Part shown: positions 19,629-31,390 of the stretch, piece after piece | Position numbering within the stretch: position 1 is the first letter of the stretch | Layout of the letters: each line of letters opens with the position of its first letter | DNA from: Schizochytrium sp. TIO01 | Lineage: Eukaryota; Protista; Bigyra: Labyrinthulomycetes | NCBI GenBank assembly: GCA_004764695.1 | Contig: SMSO01000037.1 | Location: forward strand, 4,254,747 to 4,318,746 | Direction: 5' to 3' | Length of the DNA stretch: 64,000 bases | Translations under genes and position numbers: made by a program | Notes under the pieces: generated by a model | Told to the model about the DNA's origin: nothing | Database searches by the model: none | Seen by the model: the letters and a program-made list of their open reading frames with translations, nothing else

Positions 19629-19795
19629 TGAAAATGGCCATATGTCAAATGTGCCACTTTAAATCATGCACTGAACTTTGAAATATCATTTCAAAAACGA
19701 TTCAGTCTAGAATCAATTCATAAAGTTTTGTAGTGTAAAATATTTGAATATACTAATCTCTGTTTTAAAGTTGTTATTCTTGGTTTTGGGGATGC

Positions 19796-22538
19796 TTAAA
19801 TATCTTGCAAGAAGGCAACAATCTGTGGAGCTTCGTTTGCTAAGCGGTCAATACGTGCTTGGACGGTTTCAATGGCAGTGCCCAAAGCTTGTGCCGCTGC
19901 GCCTTTATCATGAGTAGAGAAGAACTCCACAACCTCATCGAGCTCTTCTTGGGTGCGCATGCCTCGAACTGTTCCTCCAACAAAACTGCCCCCAAACAAA
20001 ACCAATTGATCCATACTTTGCATAAATGGTATCATATTGCTCCTTAAGACGAGACCACACCACTTGTGTGGCCTTGTTTGAGTTAGCACAGAGTGTGTTG
20101 ACCACTAAAGCAAGATCTTGAGCCCGGATCTGGTCGCCCATGGCATAGTCCACCACACGTCCTACAAGATCCTCGTGGCGTGTGAAGCTTGCGATAGTAG
20201 CAAGGAGGTCTCGTTTTTCCTCAGCCAAAAGCTTTCCCTCACCTTGCGTGAAACGAGTGAAAAGAAGATCATAGAGTTCTACAGGAGCAGTTTCATCCTT
20301 CGCTGCAAGCTGAAAGATGGCAAGGCGGACGTTTGCAGGCAAAACCTTGCCTCCTGTTTCTGCGTAATGATCCTTCGTCAACTTCACCGCCTTCTCGAAA
20401 AGGTTCGATTCTGATTCCGGGAGAGCTGAAGGTGGTGCTAATGCAAGAGCTTTCAGAACGTCAACTCGCAAGTTAATTTGCGCCATAGATTCCTCTTTAC
20501 CATCTGGCACCATGAGTGTCAGTTCCTTCATGATTGGTGTGCAGCAGGGCACAAGAACCTTATTGGCGAACTCGTCAAAAAAGTCTTCGTCACGATACAA
20601 CTGAGCTAGGTTCTGAAGTCGCAGGACCATTTCCGACAAAACATTTGCATCCTTCTCAACCAAGGTGGGCATAAGGCCACAGAAGATTTTGAGTGGCACT
20701 GCCATCATAGTATAGCCAGCGACAGCACAGTAAAATGCATCGCGGACAAGACCTAGTCGATCAACGTTGGAAAGCCCAAGTCCGGCCGGGTCCAATGCTG
20801 AGATTGAAGCATCAGTATCTTCGCGAGATTTCATTTGTGTCAACAGTCGATCCCACTGGGCATCGGTATAGCAAACACGATAAAAGCCACTCATGTCAGC
20901 GTTGAGGTTGAACCATTGACCTTCGTTATCAAGCTGAGTTACAGTTGCCGACATCCGGTCCCAGGAGGCCTTGTCACTGAGGGTTTCACGTTTCTCAGAA
21001 CTTGAACTAGAAATCATCTTTACAGGCACAGTCCACTGGGCTTGGTCACAGTCAGCAGTCTTCGTCGGGCTATATAAATAGCGCTCTTGGTGGACCGAAA
21101 CGATACCATCCTGTTCACGAAGAATTAAAACAGGATACCCCTCTGTAGAGGTCCACTCTTTCATTAGAGAAACAATCTCGCCCTCGGAAACGTGGTCTTT
21201 GTTGGCATCTTCGATAGCAGTCAGGAGGTCTCCAAGCTCAGCATTTTCATAGGCGTGGCGCTCTAAGTAAAGACGGATACCGGTCATGAAACGGTCATGC
21301 CCCAGAAAAGATTCGAGCATACGAATAATGGAAGCACCCTTGGCATAAGAAATGGCATCAAAGGCTTCACTGATGGCTGCTTCATCACGTACTTTTACGC
21401 GCACAGGATGAGTTGACTCAAGTGAGTCAAGGTGAAGGGCCATGGCCTGGACATCTTGCACAAAGATGGACCATACGTTCCATTCAGGGAAAATGTGATT
21501 AACGGCTGCGAATTCCATAAAACGAGCAAATCCTTCATTCAAAAACAGATCTTCCCACCACTCCATGGTAACAAGGTTGCCAAACCATTGGTGGGCCAGT
21601 TCATGGCATACAACGCGGGCAACCGAAAAGCGCGATCCAACAGAGGTAGCAGATTCGTCAACCAACAGACGTGCTTCGCGGTAAGTAACGCACCCCCAAT
21701 TTTCCATGGCCCCAGCTGCAAAGTCAGGAATTGCCAAAAGATCTTGCTTCTGCAGCGGATAGTTAACACCGTACTCACGCTCGTAAAAGTCAAGGGCCTT
21801 GCATGCAACATCAAGAGCAAATTTTCCCTCAGCAGAACGGCCAAGAGGAACGTAGACAGAGCCTAGCACCCCACGCTTACTGTACGCAGCAACAACATCA
21901 AACTCGCCCACCACAATGGCAAGCAAATATGTGCTCATCTTGGGTGTAGGGGCGAATTTCCACATCTTGAGATTCTCCTCCTGCATTGTATTTGTCTCAA
22001 TGACTGGAGTATTACTGATACAGAGACGGTCAGCTGGAGTTGTCACTGTTAGCTCGAAGATAGCCTTGATGGACGGGTCATCAAGGCACGGGAAAGCCCT
22101 GCGCGCATCGGTTGCCTCGAATTGAGTTACAGCCATGCAGCGGCGTTCACCAGAGCTCGAAGTATAAAATGAGCGATACAGCCCAGCGAGGCAGTCGGTG
22201 AGCTTGCCCTCGAAATCGATCAAAACATGCGAAGGGCCCTGCTGGGCCACGGCATCCTCGAATTGGAAGGTTACGATGGAACCCTTGTTATCGATGCGAG
22301 TCTCTTGCGACACCTTTTGGGTTCCATCAGGAAACAAGAGTGTTGCGCCGTTGGGAAACTCCAGATCTTTAGCATGCAGAACTACCTCGGAGTCCCTGCT
22401 TCCATCGTATTTGTTGCTCAGGCCGGAAAGTTCGATATTGGCTGTGCCGCGAAATTCGTATGCATCAAGATTAATGAAGAATTCAAGCGTGTACTTGGAT
22501 GGTGTGAGCCATCTGCTCGGTTCGTTGTCAAGCCGCAT
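19796..22538 (-). CDS. M1 family zinc aminopeptidase (puromycin-sensitive aminopeptidase-like) with an ERAP1-like C-terminal domain; 1-nt frameshift at the G5 run near 19989-19993
   Basis: TQFEATDARRAFPCLDDP, TPKMSTYLLA, GAMENWG, HELAHQWFGNLVT...LNEGFA, FDAISYAKGAS. The C-terminus continues in the 19796..20089 frame (GSFVGGTVRG...EVVEFF...AIETVQ). First ATG at 22538. Confidence 0.93.
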
Positions 22539-23385
22539 CTTCAAAACTGTGTATCAATAGATCGGTTGAACGTTTTATACAGCATACATCGCATTTGAGC
22601 ACGACACATTGGAAACAGGTTAGTGATGTGTGCCCAGAAATCATGGTTGTTGGAATAAATAGGTTGTCTGAGAAAGCTACCTGACTTCAAGATGCAAGTT
22701 GCGAGATGAGAGGTGCGTGCATAAGTGAAGATAATAACGAAGGCCCAGTGAAGGATATGAAGAAAATCTCATACTTTCTCAGATGAAGGTATGCACTTAC
22801 GCAGTTACTGAGGGCACCAGTAGACGCCTAGTAGCAGGTCTGCCTTGCAAGTTTGAACGCACTTTGTTCAAGACTGCTCAAGTTACAGGGACAGCGTGAG
22901 AGTCTAGCAAGGTTATGCTTTTGAATCTAAACGTGGACGAAGCCCCAAGGAATTCGCTGGTAGGTATTAGAGGACTTATATAACCCTAATACTAAGCATT
23001 TGGATGTCCAAACACCCTATACACTGGTTTAGCACCCTAGCAACATAATAATCTGTATTATTTGGTGTTCTGGGGTTAATAGAGAAAGAAAAGATAGAAA
23101 CTTGAGAAGGGCATTCCTAACTTTATTTGTTTAATCTTATTTTTAGATTTCAAGTTTCTTTAATTTAAAAAAAAGTTTTTACATTGTAACAATAAATACT
23201 GTACCTATCCTGAAGTAATACCTACTAGTACCTACTTTCTAGTAAGCCAAACCAATAAACATATACAAAGCAATAAGGACTTGAAGACAAACAATCAAAG
23301 CAAACCGTCTCACGAGCTCGTGAGCGGTGCGGAGCTCGTGAGCGGCGCAAGCTCTGGAAATAAACATTCTGCTTGTGCAGTAAAG

Positions 23386-24764
23386 ATGTCATTGCAGCAC
23401 GCAAAAACACTTGTGCGTACTGTAGGGCGCGCCTTTTACGACGATGATGTTGTTATGGTCCTGGACGCGCTCACACGCGAGCCTTTCCTGATTGACCACG
23501 AGAGTGCAGGTCGTTCCCCCCTTGAAGATAAGTTTGGACTCCAGTCAAAGCAAGTCCGACGATCATTGATGGTTTTATACGAGGACTGCCTCATCGAGAA
23601 ATATGTACGAACGTGGAGAGCGCCAGATGCACCAAAAGGCACCAGGCGCAAAAAACACATCTTCTATTATGTCAATTATAGGCATTTTGTCAAGCTTGTG
23701 CGCCTTCGACTTCATTTTATGCGCAAACTTATTGATCAAAAGGAAGGAGAGCAAACAACATCAACATCAATGTATGTTTGTCCAAGGTGTAATATCGAGT
23801 ATGACCTATTGACAGCAGTAGCATGCCAAGATGAAGAATCGGGGATGTTCTTTTGTGAGCGCTGTAAAGACGACCTGGACGAACTGGTTCTCTTGAATGA
23901 AATCAGTTCCAAGACTGATAATAAAAAGGAGAAATTTCAAGCAAGGATGCAGAAGCGAAGTCTTTACGAGAGAAGCGTGAAGAACAAATGCGTGAAGAGC
24001 CCGGCCTTCGCGATGGTATTGAGGATATTATGATCCGAATAGATAACTTCCCATTGCCCCCTCCGACAAACTTGCCAAGTGACCATATCGATAATGCTGA
24101 GGACGCTCATCGCGAAAAATTAGAAGAGGAAAAATATGGTGCTAATGGTGGCGGCCGTGGTAACTCGCGCCATAATGCAAGCTATAATGAAGCAGGGCAG
24201 GCCGTGCGCGTACAAATTATTTCATATCCTGATGTAGATGATGTCGCGGATGCCCAAGCTGCTGATATTGTAGACGACGCTGAGGTTGCAGGAGGGCAAC
24301 TTCCTGCATGGATGCAAACCGATGTTACTGGAAAAGTATCTTCTAGCGCAATCCAAGATGCCAAGGAACGCCAACAAAAGCGAGGGCGGCTTGCTGGCGG
24401 CGCTTTTACCACAGGTGGTGGCGGTCTTGGAGGAGCCGCTGCTCTACTCGAGCGCCAAGAGGGGAACCGATCGAGCTCTATGGATCTTGATTTTACTCCC
24501 AAACTTCGACGCACAGAGAGTGAGCAACATTTAGACTCCGTCCGTGAACAAACATTGCGCGAAACTGTTGTATCTGTTCAAGGTGCGAGCAAACCAATGA
24601 GTGAGGTATCTCGAGAAGACGAAAATGGCATGACGGACGCAGAATATGGAGACTATTTGGATAAGTGGGAGAAAATCGTCAAGTGGAGCGGTATGCGTCG
24701 CCCAGAAGAAATTACTGCAGAGAATGAAGCCGAAGATGAAGCCATGACTTTGGAGTTCTTTTAA
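23386..24764 (+). CDS. GTF2E1: Transcription initiation factor IIE subunit alpha; split by a 1-nt frameshift at the A5 run 23923-23927
   Basis: LVRTVGRAFY...VLDAL, FYYVNYRHFVKLVRLRL (winged helix), zinc ribbon YVCPRC...FFCERC, and the conserved LPAWM motif in the second frame. One extra A gives ...TDNKKGEISSKDAEAKSLREKREEQMREEPGLRDG. Confidence 0.88.
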
Positions 24765-25077
24765 AACCAAAAGCATATGCAAGCAAATTCATTTACACTC
24801 GCAAGTAGGTGCACGCAGTTTTCTGCATAACACTGGCTTTGATGTCCATAATCAATTTTTCTGATCATCTAGCTTTTAAAACAAGAACCCCCCCCCCCCC
24901 CTCCTTAATTTTAAATAAAACTTAATTCGTCACCCCTTTCCATGACAATATTTTAAAGATCAGAGACATTATATACTAAAATATGAAATGTTATGTTGGG
25001 CTTCAAGCCTAAAGTACAATGAATTGGCAATAATTTGAGATAATAATCCTTGAATTGAGGCGTCAGCGAGGATCTGC

Positions 25078-25807
25078 TTAACTCATCATCATTGAAATGT
25101 AGTCCGCGAAGTTGAAAAGACCATTTGAATCAGTTTCTAACTGGCGAATTAACTCTTTTACTTGATCCTTTGTTACTTTGTCATCACAATAATCTAAAAG
25201 AACTTGTTCAAGCCGTGATGGCTTAATGCATCCTGGGGTATCGGGATCCTCAAAGTAGCGAAACGCGCTACGAACTTGAGAAGGTGTGTACGTTGCTTTT
25301 ACTTTCCGTGACATAACAGCAACAAACTCTTCGAAATCAACCTCTGAGAGTCAGAATTGTTGATTGAACAATTAGTTAGAGTTAGTATAGTATGATTCCA
25401 CAATTATTTTAGGCGTTTGTAAGCACCAAGTCTATATATGTATTACCTAAGGCCATACTTTGTTTCTATTAATTTGACTTACCTCCATTGCTGTCTTGGT
25501 CAATTTCGTTGATCATCAGATCAATTTCCTCTTGCGTGGCATTAATACCCAATGTGTCCATCAGATCTCCAAGCTCAGAATTACTAATAGAACCGCCACC
25601 GTCTCGATCTACAAGATTAAAGATCTCGCGATACTCTGCTAGTTCATCTTCGCTTAGATCTTCTGCGCTGCGAATCGTAAATGGTGAACTGGTAAGTCCA
25701 GCCAGAACCGCTGGGCCGCCCTTAACCGCTGTTTCTGCTGCATTTGCACTTGCTTCGCTCTCTTCAAGATTGTCATAATCGACGGATGTATCACCCGCTG
25801 CAGCCAT
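25078..25807 (-). CDS. EF-hand calmodulin-like protein resembling flagellar outer-arm dynein light chain 4 (18 kDa LC); two exons, 25807-25483 and 25343-25078
   Basis: YREIFNLVDRDGGGSIS and EIDQDSNG^EVDFEEFVAVMSRKVKATYTP...LETDSNGLFNFADYISMM. Splicing restores EF-hand 2. The MSRKV..YTP linker and degenerate EF3 resemble LC4 more than true calmodulin. Confidence 0.85.
25344..25482 (-). other. Spliceosomal GT-AG intron (139 nt)
   Basis: Donor G|GTAAGT, CTAAC/CTGAC branch-like motifs, acceptor CTCTCAG|AG; joins the two ORFs in frame. Confidence 0.9.
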
Positions 25808-27428
25808 TGTGCACGTAAGCGACCTTTTACAATTTACAATGGAGCTTTTCCTTGCTCGTATTTAGCTGGCGCTCTATCTTCAAGAGTGCCCAAACTCTTG
25901 ATGTTATGTTTATCACTTTCCGTATTGTCGCATAGTGTTCGGTTTGCTCACTATTCAAGTAGCTTGAAGGGGTGATTTTTCAACTTTTAAAAAAAGTTAG
26001 TAATAGGGATTGCCGTCATAGCAACTTCGTTCCAACTTTTATAAAATCAAATTACTGTTGTCAATAGCTATTTGACAAAAGAAGATTCAGACTATGCAGC
26101 ATGCGAATGTGCTTTCTGAAATGAGCGTTGTTGGAAAGGTGGCTATAATTTCCAGCATATCTCTGTCACACTCTCTCTTAAAAAAAAAATCAATAAAACA
26201 TCTGTTCTAGGTGAACAACGGATCTTCTTTGTACACACCATAAAATTGGAGTTATCCTTGATGTATTTTTCCATCCATCTAGGTATAAAGATGAGCTTGA
26301 TACTTGGTCTTACTCTTGCAAAGCAGACATAGTGCGGCACATGCAACGTTTGATTGGTTTGGTTTGAGTTTATACCCAAGTGAAAAGATAAATAGGAGTT
26401 GCTTCTGTTTGGTAAGAGTGCGTTCGTTTTATAAGAGGTGATGTAAGTTTGTGCCTTGCGCAACTGCTAGCAACGAACTCATGAGGCATGTGAATCTTCC
26501 ATGACTGATATAACTTGACTTGAGTATCTGTTCATAGATGTGCTGACTTGAATATAACTCAAATGAAGGCATATGTAATTATTAACGAGGGTAGTGAAGG
26601 TTTGATTCCTTCAATTAGGAATTTTGGTAGGTACTTAGTACATAAGGTACTAAAGAACCTATTATTATTAGTTAATGCCACCGAATAACAGTACCTATCA
26701 GCGCATAGGTAAAAGTTATTTGCTTTTGCTTTCGTTTTTCTGATAAGTAAAGTACAAGCAAATAGGCTTTCGATTCTGTTGACCTGTAAAGAAATCATCT
26801 TAATGTTAGCTATGTTTTAAAAAATAAATGATTTTCGTACGAAATATGTATAGGCCTTATTTATAATATATAAATGAAATGAAGGAAGGAAGGAGCTATC
26901 TCTAAGTACAACCTACTACCTAGCTATCTCTACTATCTCTTTGTCAAATCGATCTCTTCATTGCTTTCTTCCTACTAGCTAGCTAGCAATCACTAGATCT
27001 GTCGTTATGATAAACTTAGAAGAACACTTGACTATATTTTTAAGTCATAGAAGGCAACATACAATTTAGCACAAGTGGAGTCCTTTAAAGCTCACAAGGT
27101 ACCTAAAAGAGCATTTGCACTCCCACTTCACTTGGTGAGCCCACTACTTGACTGTCTGTCTGATGGCAACTTTCAGGTTCTAAAAAGTAAGAGATGCTAT
27201 GCCATATTTAGTGCTACTCTTCTGACTATTAGTGAGAAAGGAGACTGTTAAGTACTACTACTAGTACTTGTCTACGGTGTTTACCTGCACAGTCACATTC
27301 ACCAACACCCGTCGTGACGACCAAAGCTCTTTCGGCAAGACTAAATTCACTTCATCGGGCCACAACTTGGTAGCCAAGCTGCGAGCTTCGTCTGCCATTT
27401 TCATCGAAAGTGGCTATTAATAAGGCGT

Positions 27429-29063
27429 ATGTTAAACTCAGGTACGCCCGAATCCTCGGCCGCACTGGCAAGGGTAGCAGCTCCAGCGAGCCGAGGGCGT
27501 CACAGCTCAGAGGAGACCGAGGCGCTGCTTTATGATCGGTTTCGGAATGATTATGATGCTCACCAAGGCCCCCCAGAATCCCTTGAGATTGGTTCAGGAG
27601 GGAGGAGCTCTGAAAGAGTAGTAGACAGCTTGCATGACCACGAAGATGGTGGTTTGCGTCGCCCAGGTCTTTGTGCGAACTGCCTCAAACTTTTGAACAC
27701 GTGCTATATATTGCGCTATCAGTTGCTAGGGGCCGGGGTATACTCGTTCATCTCAGCAGCGAAGAATATTTCATTCCTTCCATTCATTAGAACCATGATT
27801 GAGTGTGAAAGCGATATTCCTGCTGTAGACCATCGCAGCACACAGTGGAGTGGCTCTTCCTTCTGTACGGATTTAAGCTTGGTAGCTCGAGAAGCACAAT
27901 ATATGAAAGGCTGGGCTGAGGGCCTTGATCAGGGGTTTCATTGCCTTGCACTTCCACTTCTTGGCCACGCAATTGATTGCTTCGGAAGACGATGGGGGGT
28001 CATGATGGGTATGTCTGGAATCTTCATGCAGTGTACTTTTTATTATGTTGCGGCAATACTTGGGTCAGGAACCCTTTCTCAGGTAATGCTTATCACTGGT
28101 TCTATTACCCAAGGCCTGACGGGTATTTTTATGGCCTCCGTAAGCGCCTCTGTAAGAGACATGCAAATTTTGGACAAGAGCGCAGACCGCGAAGCATCCA
28201 AAACGCAAACAAATGATTTTGCCATGCTACAAATCAGCCAAGGCCTATATGCAGGTCTAGCGCTCGTGCTTGCTACTCTCCTTATCATTGCAAAGAATAT
28301 GGAATCTTATACAAACATCTGGTTTGGTTTTGCCTGTGCTGCAGCGGGGTCCATTGTGGTGTTGTTCTTTGTTTTCCCAGAGACTCTCCAAGAGAGGATG
28401 GCGTGGCAGTGGCGAAAAGCGAGCCCTTTGAGTCTTCTTGATCTCATGCGAGTCAAGGGGGCTCAAGGATGGGTGGCTCTAATGGTTTTCTTCGAGGTTG
28501 TTTCGTTCAGCACCTTAACTACTTTACAGGCATTCACCATTTCTGCCTACCATTGGTCTCAAACAAAGGCTACGGTCGCATATGTTGTTCTCGGGCCTGT
28601 GATCATTCTGAGTGTAGTGGCATATTTTTTCGTTATTCCGCGTGTGAGTCTTTACCATGTTTTGGTCGGAAAACTTTTGTTGTTGGATATCGGGATGTTC
28701 TTTATCAGTCTTGCTGGAAAGGGACCAACGTTTCTTTTGGTTGGAGCAGGATTTCTCTGCGCTTCGGCGGGCTCATTTCCCGCAATGGTTCAAATCATTG
28801 CTAATTTAGCAGGCCCTGATGAAGTGGGCCAATTGATGGCTAACATGGGGGCAATTGCTCTTGCTGCTGTGGCACTTGGTAACGTCTTCTTCGGATATTT
28901 GTTTCGTACATTCGTCAGTATTCCTAGCCTCTCTTTTATCGTCGGCTTTCCATTTATGCTCCTGGCGACATTTTGTGGTATTAAAGCAAAGCAAGCGCAC
29001 GAGAGGTCCTCTGGGCAAGTCGCGGCGGCCACCGAAAGCAGAAATGAAGATGTTTCTCCTTAA
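27429..29063 (+). CDS. Major facilitator superfamily transporter (HIAT/SLC46/TetA-like)
   Basis: About 12 hydrophobic segments, motif A-like LGHAIDCFGRR, FPETL after TM6. Confidence 0.82.
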   Translation: MLNSGTPESSAALARVAAPASRGRHSSEETEALLYDRFRNDYDAHQGPPESLEIGSGGRSSERVVDSLHDHEDGGLRRPGLCANCLKLLNTCYILRYQLLGAGVYSFISAAKNISFLPFIRTMIECESDIPAVDHRSTQWSGSSFCTDLSLVAREAQYMKGWAEGLDQGFHCLALPLLGHAIDCFGRRWGVMMGMSGIFMQCTFYYVAAILGSGTLSQVMLITGSITQGLTGIFMASVSASVRDMQILDKSADREASKTQTNDFAMLQISQGLYAGLALVLATLLIIAKNMESYTNIWFGFACAAAGSIVVLFFVFPETLQERMAWQWRKASPLSLLDLMRVKGAQGWVALMVFFEVVSFSTLTTLQAFTISAYHWSQTKATVAYVVLGPVIILSVVAYFFVIPRVSLYHVLVGKLLLLDIGMFFISLAGKGPTFLLVGAGFLCASAGSFPAMVQIIANLAGPDEVGQLMANMGAIALAAVALGNVFFGYLFRTFVSIPSLSFIVGFPFMLLATFCGIKAKQAHERSSGQVAAATESRNEDVSP

Positions 29064-30406
29064 CGTCTGTCAATCTACTGTATTTGTTTCTCTGAGATTC
29101 TACTACGGATTTCTAAAGCTAGTAGTGTTGCAATATTGCAATATAATTGAGTTATTTTGGACGAGCCCAACATGGTCGCTCATTTCAACCTACACGTGCC
29201 GTTTGAAGGCGTGATCAAGCTGGGATGGACTTCTGCTGAAACCTTGATGGATATTCTGTACTCTTTATGAAGGATGAGTGTGTCGCTAGGCATTACTTTC
29301 TCTCCATATTTGTTAACTGGGTGTTTCTTTGTAGTATGACAATCAAAACATGAGATTTTAAAAAAAATTCTCACTTTAACGACTTTCCTGTTGACCTTTC
29401 TCTTCCTATTGCGTGAGATTATGAGGTTATACTCAATTGAATTGATCAAAATAAAGGACCTTATTCCACTTGATTTTCTTTACAATTTGATTTCAGAATG
29501 TCGAAGTTTGGGAACGGAAAACAAATTTGCTAAACAAAAAAAGAACCGTGTGTTTATCCTATTAGCAAATAAAACCGAATCGAACACTCTTGCGCGAGTT
29601 AGGAAATCATAATTTGGCGGGTAGGTTCAGTGTCTATGTAACTAGTGTTGCCTAAATTAGATGAATTAATTGTTTTGACTAGAGTTTTTAACCCAAGTTA
29701 AATAGTTTACCTCAGTACCTCCAGCTTGTGAGAGTGGATGAATTATCACATGAAATAAGGAGTTTCCTTCCTTTGTCTCTAAGAGGTTCGACTCTTGATT
29801 TCTGATATTCCTTCACTGCCAGATTCCGCAAGCTTGTGTTCGCATCCTAGTAAGTTATGGCACTTAAAACTTTAAAAGCATTAAACAGAACTAGGTAAAA
29901 TTGTGAGCAATCGAACTATCTTCTAGGGTCTAGCAACTCAGAACGAGAGAGACCTTCAGCAATACAGGGACATGTCATAGCTGCAATTAACATCTTTAAA
30001 TTTTCTGATAGGAATTTCCCAAGAGAGGTCATCAAGCTCTGCAATTTCCTGCCCGGGTCTAGGTCGATGGGTTATGTAAGCCCAAAGAAAAAGGAGAGGA
30101 TTCATTATTCTATTTCTTTTAGATAACATTAATTTTGAAAAAGAGTAAAAGAATTAGCAAAACCCCTTTTCGTCCTCGTCAGAGGGTCTTAGGGGAATTA
30201 TTAGCAACACTTATGTAAACATGTAGGTAATAGTAATACCTATGTTTGTACATAGGACTAACATTAGGACTATCTTACCTCTCACTTACCTTGGTGTACC
30301 TTCACATACATATATTCCCACTCTTTGGTAGTCTAGCTAGGTACTCCGTCTTGCCAAATAAGCAAGCATATACAGTTTGAGCTCTCGAAGGAGCAGTCAC
30401 TCCGCC

Positions 30407-31066
30407 ATGAAGTATCAACAGCAGGCCCGCGGGCGCAAAACCGTCTTCTCAGCTGCTCTGAGTGTTCTCTTGCTTATCCTGGCTTCTTTCCTTGTCCATG
30501 GAGTTTCCGCTGACGTTGCTGTGGAAGCTGTGTTCGATGTGAGAGGCGTCTTTGCAACGCAAGATACCCTCTCGGGCTCAAGCGTGTCTCTTCTGCTCGA
30601 TGGAAAGCCAGCGGGTCTTGTTCGTCGCGATGGAACCTTTGTGCTGCGCGATGTTGCCCCTGGCACGTATTCTCTTGAGGTATCTACTACGACTTATGGG
30701 TATCCTCTCTACATTGTAGAAGTCGCCAAGACTGGCAAGATTTCTGCAACTTATTGGTTTGGAAAACGTCGGAGGGAGCTGCAGCACCCCCTCACCCTGG
30801 AGCCATATGGTGTGCAGAGTTATTTTGAGCCACGTAAGACGCTCAGTATTATGTCCCTCTTCATGAACCCCATGGTACTCATGATGGCTGTGATGATGGG
30901 TCTCATGTTTGTCTTGCCGAAGCTCCAGGAAGGTATGGATCCGGAAGAGCTCAAGAAGCTTCAGGAGGACATGAAAAAATCTCAGGCTGACCAACCTGAC
31001 CCCCAGAAACTTCTGGGATCCATGTTTGGTGGAGGCAACACAGATGAAGATTCGGACTCCGACTAA
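30407..31066 (+). CDS. EMC7: ER membrane protein complex subunit 7
   Basis: Signal peptide; RRDGTFVLRDVAPGTYSLEV beta-sandwich; YFEPR..SIMSLFMNPMVLMM TM; PKLQEGMDPEELK. Confidence 0.9.
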   Translation: MKYQQQARGRKTVFSAALSVLLLILASFLVHGVSADVAVEAVFDVRGVFATQDTLSGSSVSLLLDGKPAGLVRRDGTFVLRDVAPGTYSLEVSTTTYGYPLYIVEVAKTGKISATYWFGKRRRELQHPLTLEPYGVQSYFEPRKTLSIMSLFMNPMVLMMAVMMGLMFVLPKLQEGMDPEELKKLQEDMKKSQADQPDPQKLLGSMFGGGNTDEDSDSD

Positions 31067-31390
31067 AGCTCGTTTGAGTCGTGTAGCTTAAGGTGGAATG
31101 CGAAAGGAACTAACGCCGACAGCATAAATGAAAGGATACGAAGAAAAACTAAGGGGAAAGTATATACCCAGATAAGAAAAAAAAAATAGAAAATATGTGA
31201 GTGGAATGATCATGCTCTGTCGTGGTGAATTTTTTTGTTTGTGCATCATTTAATGATACCTTGAGAGTAGTTTTCTTGAAGTAGTTTAGAGGGGGGAGGC
31301 TGCTGATAACTACCATTTACCATTATCCAACTCGCGAGAGTGTATTTGGCTTTTTATAAAAAGAATAAAAAAAAAGGGAAAAAAAACATC

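Noticed and set aside
119-23935. A shared programmed ribosomal frameshifting system across selD, the aminopeptidase and TFIIE
   Set aside because: The shifts differ in direction (+1, +1, -1), share no slippery or stop motif, and coincide with homopolymers, so sequencing error is more parsimonious.
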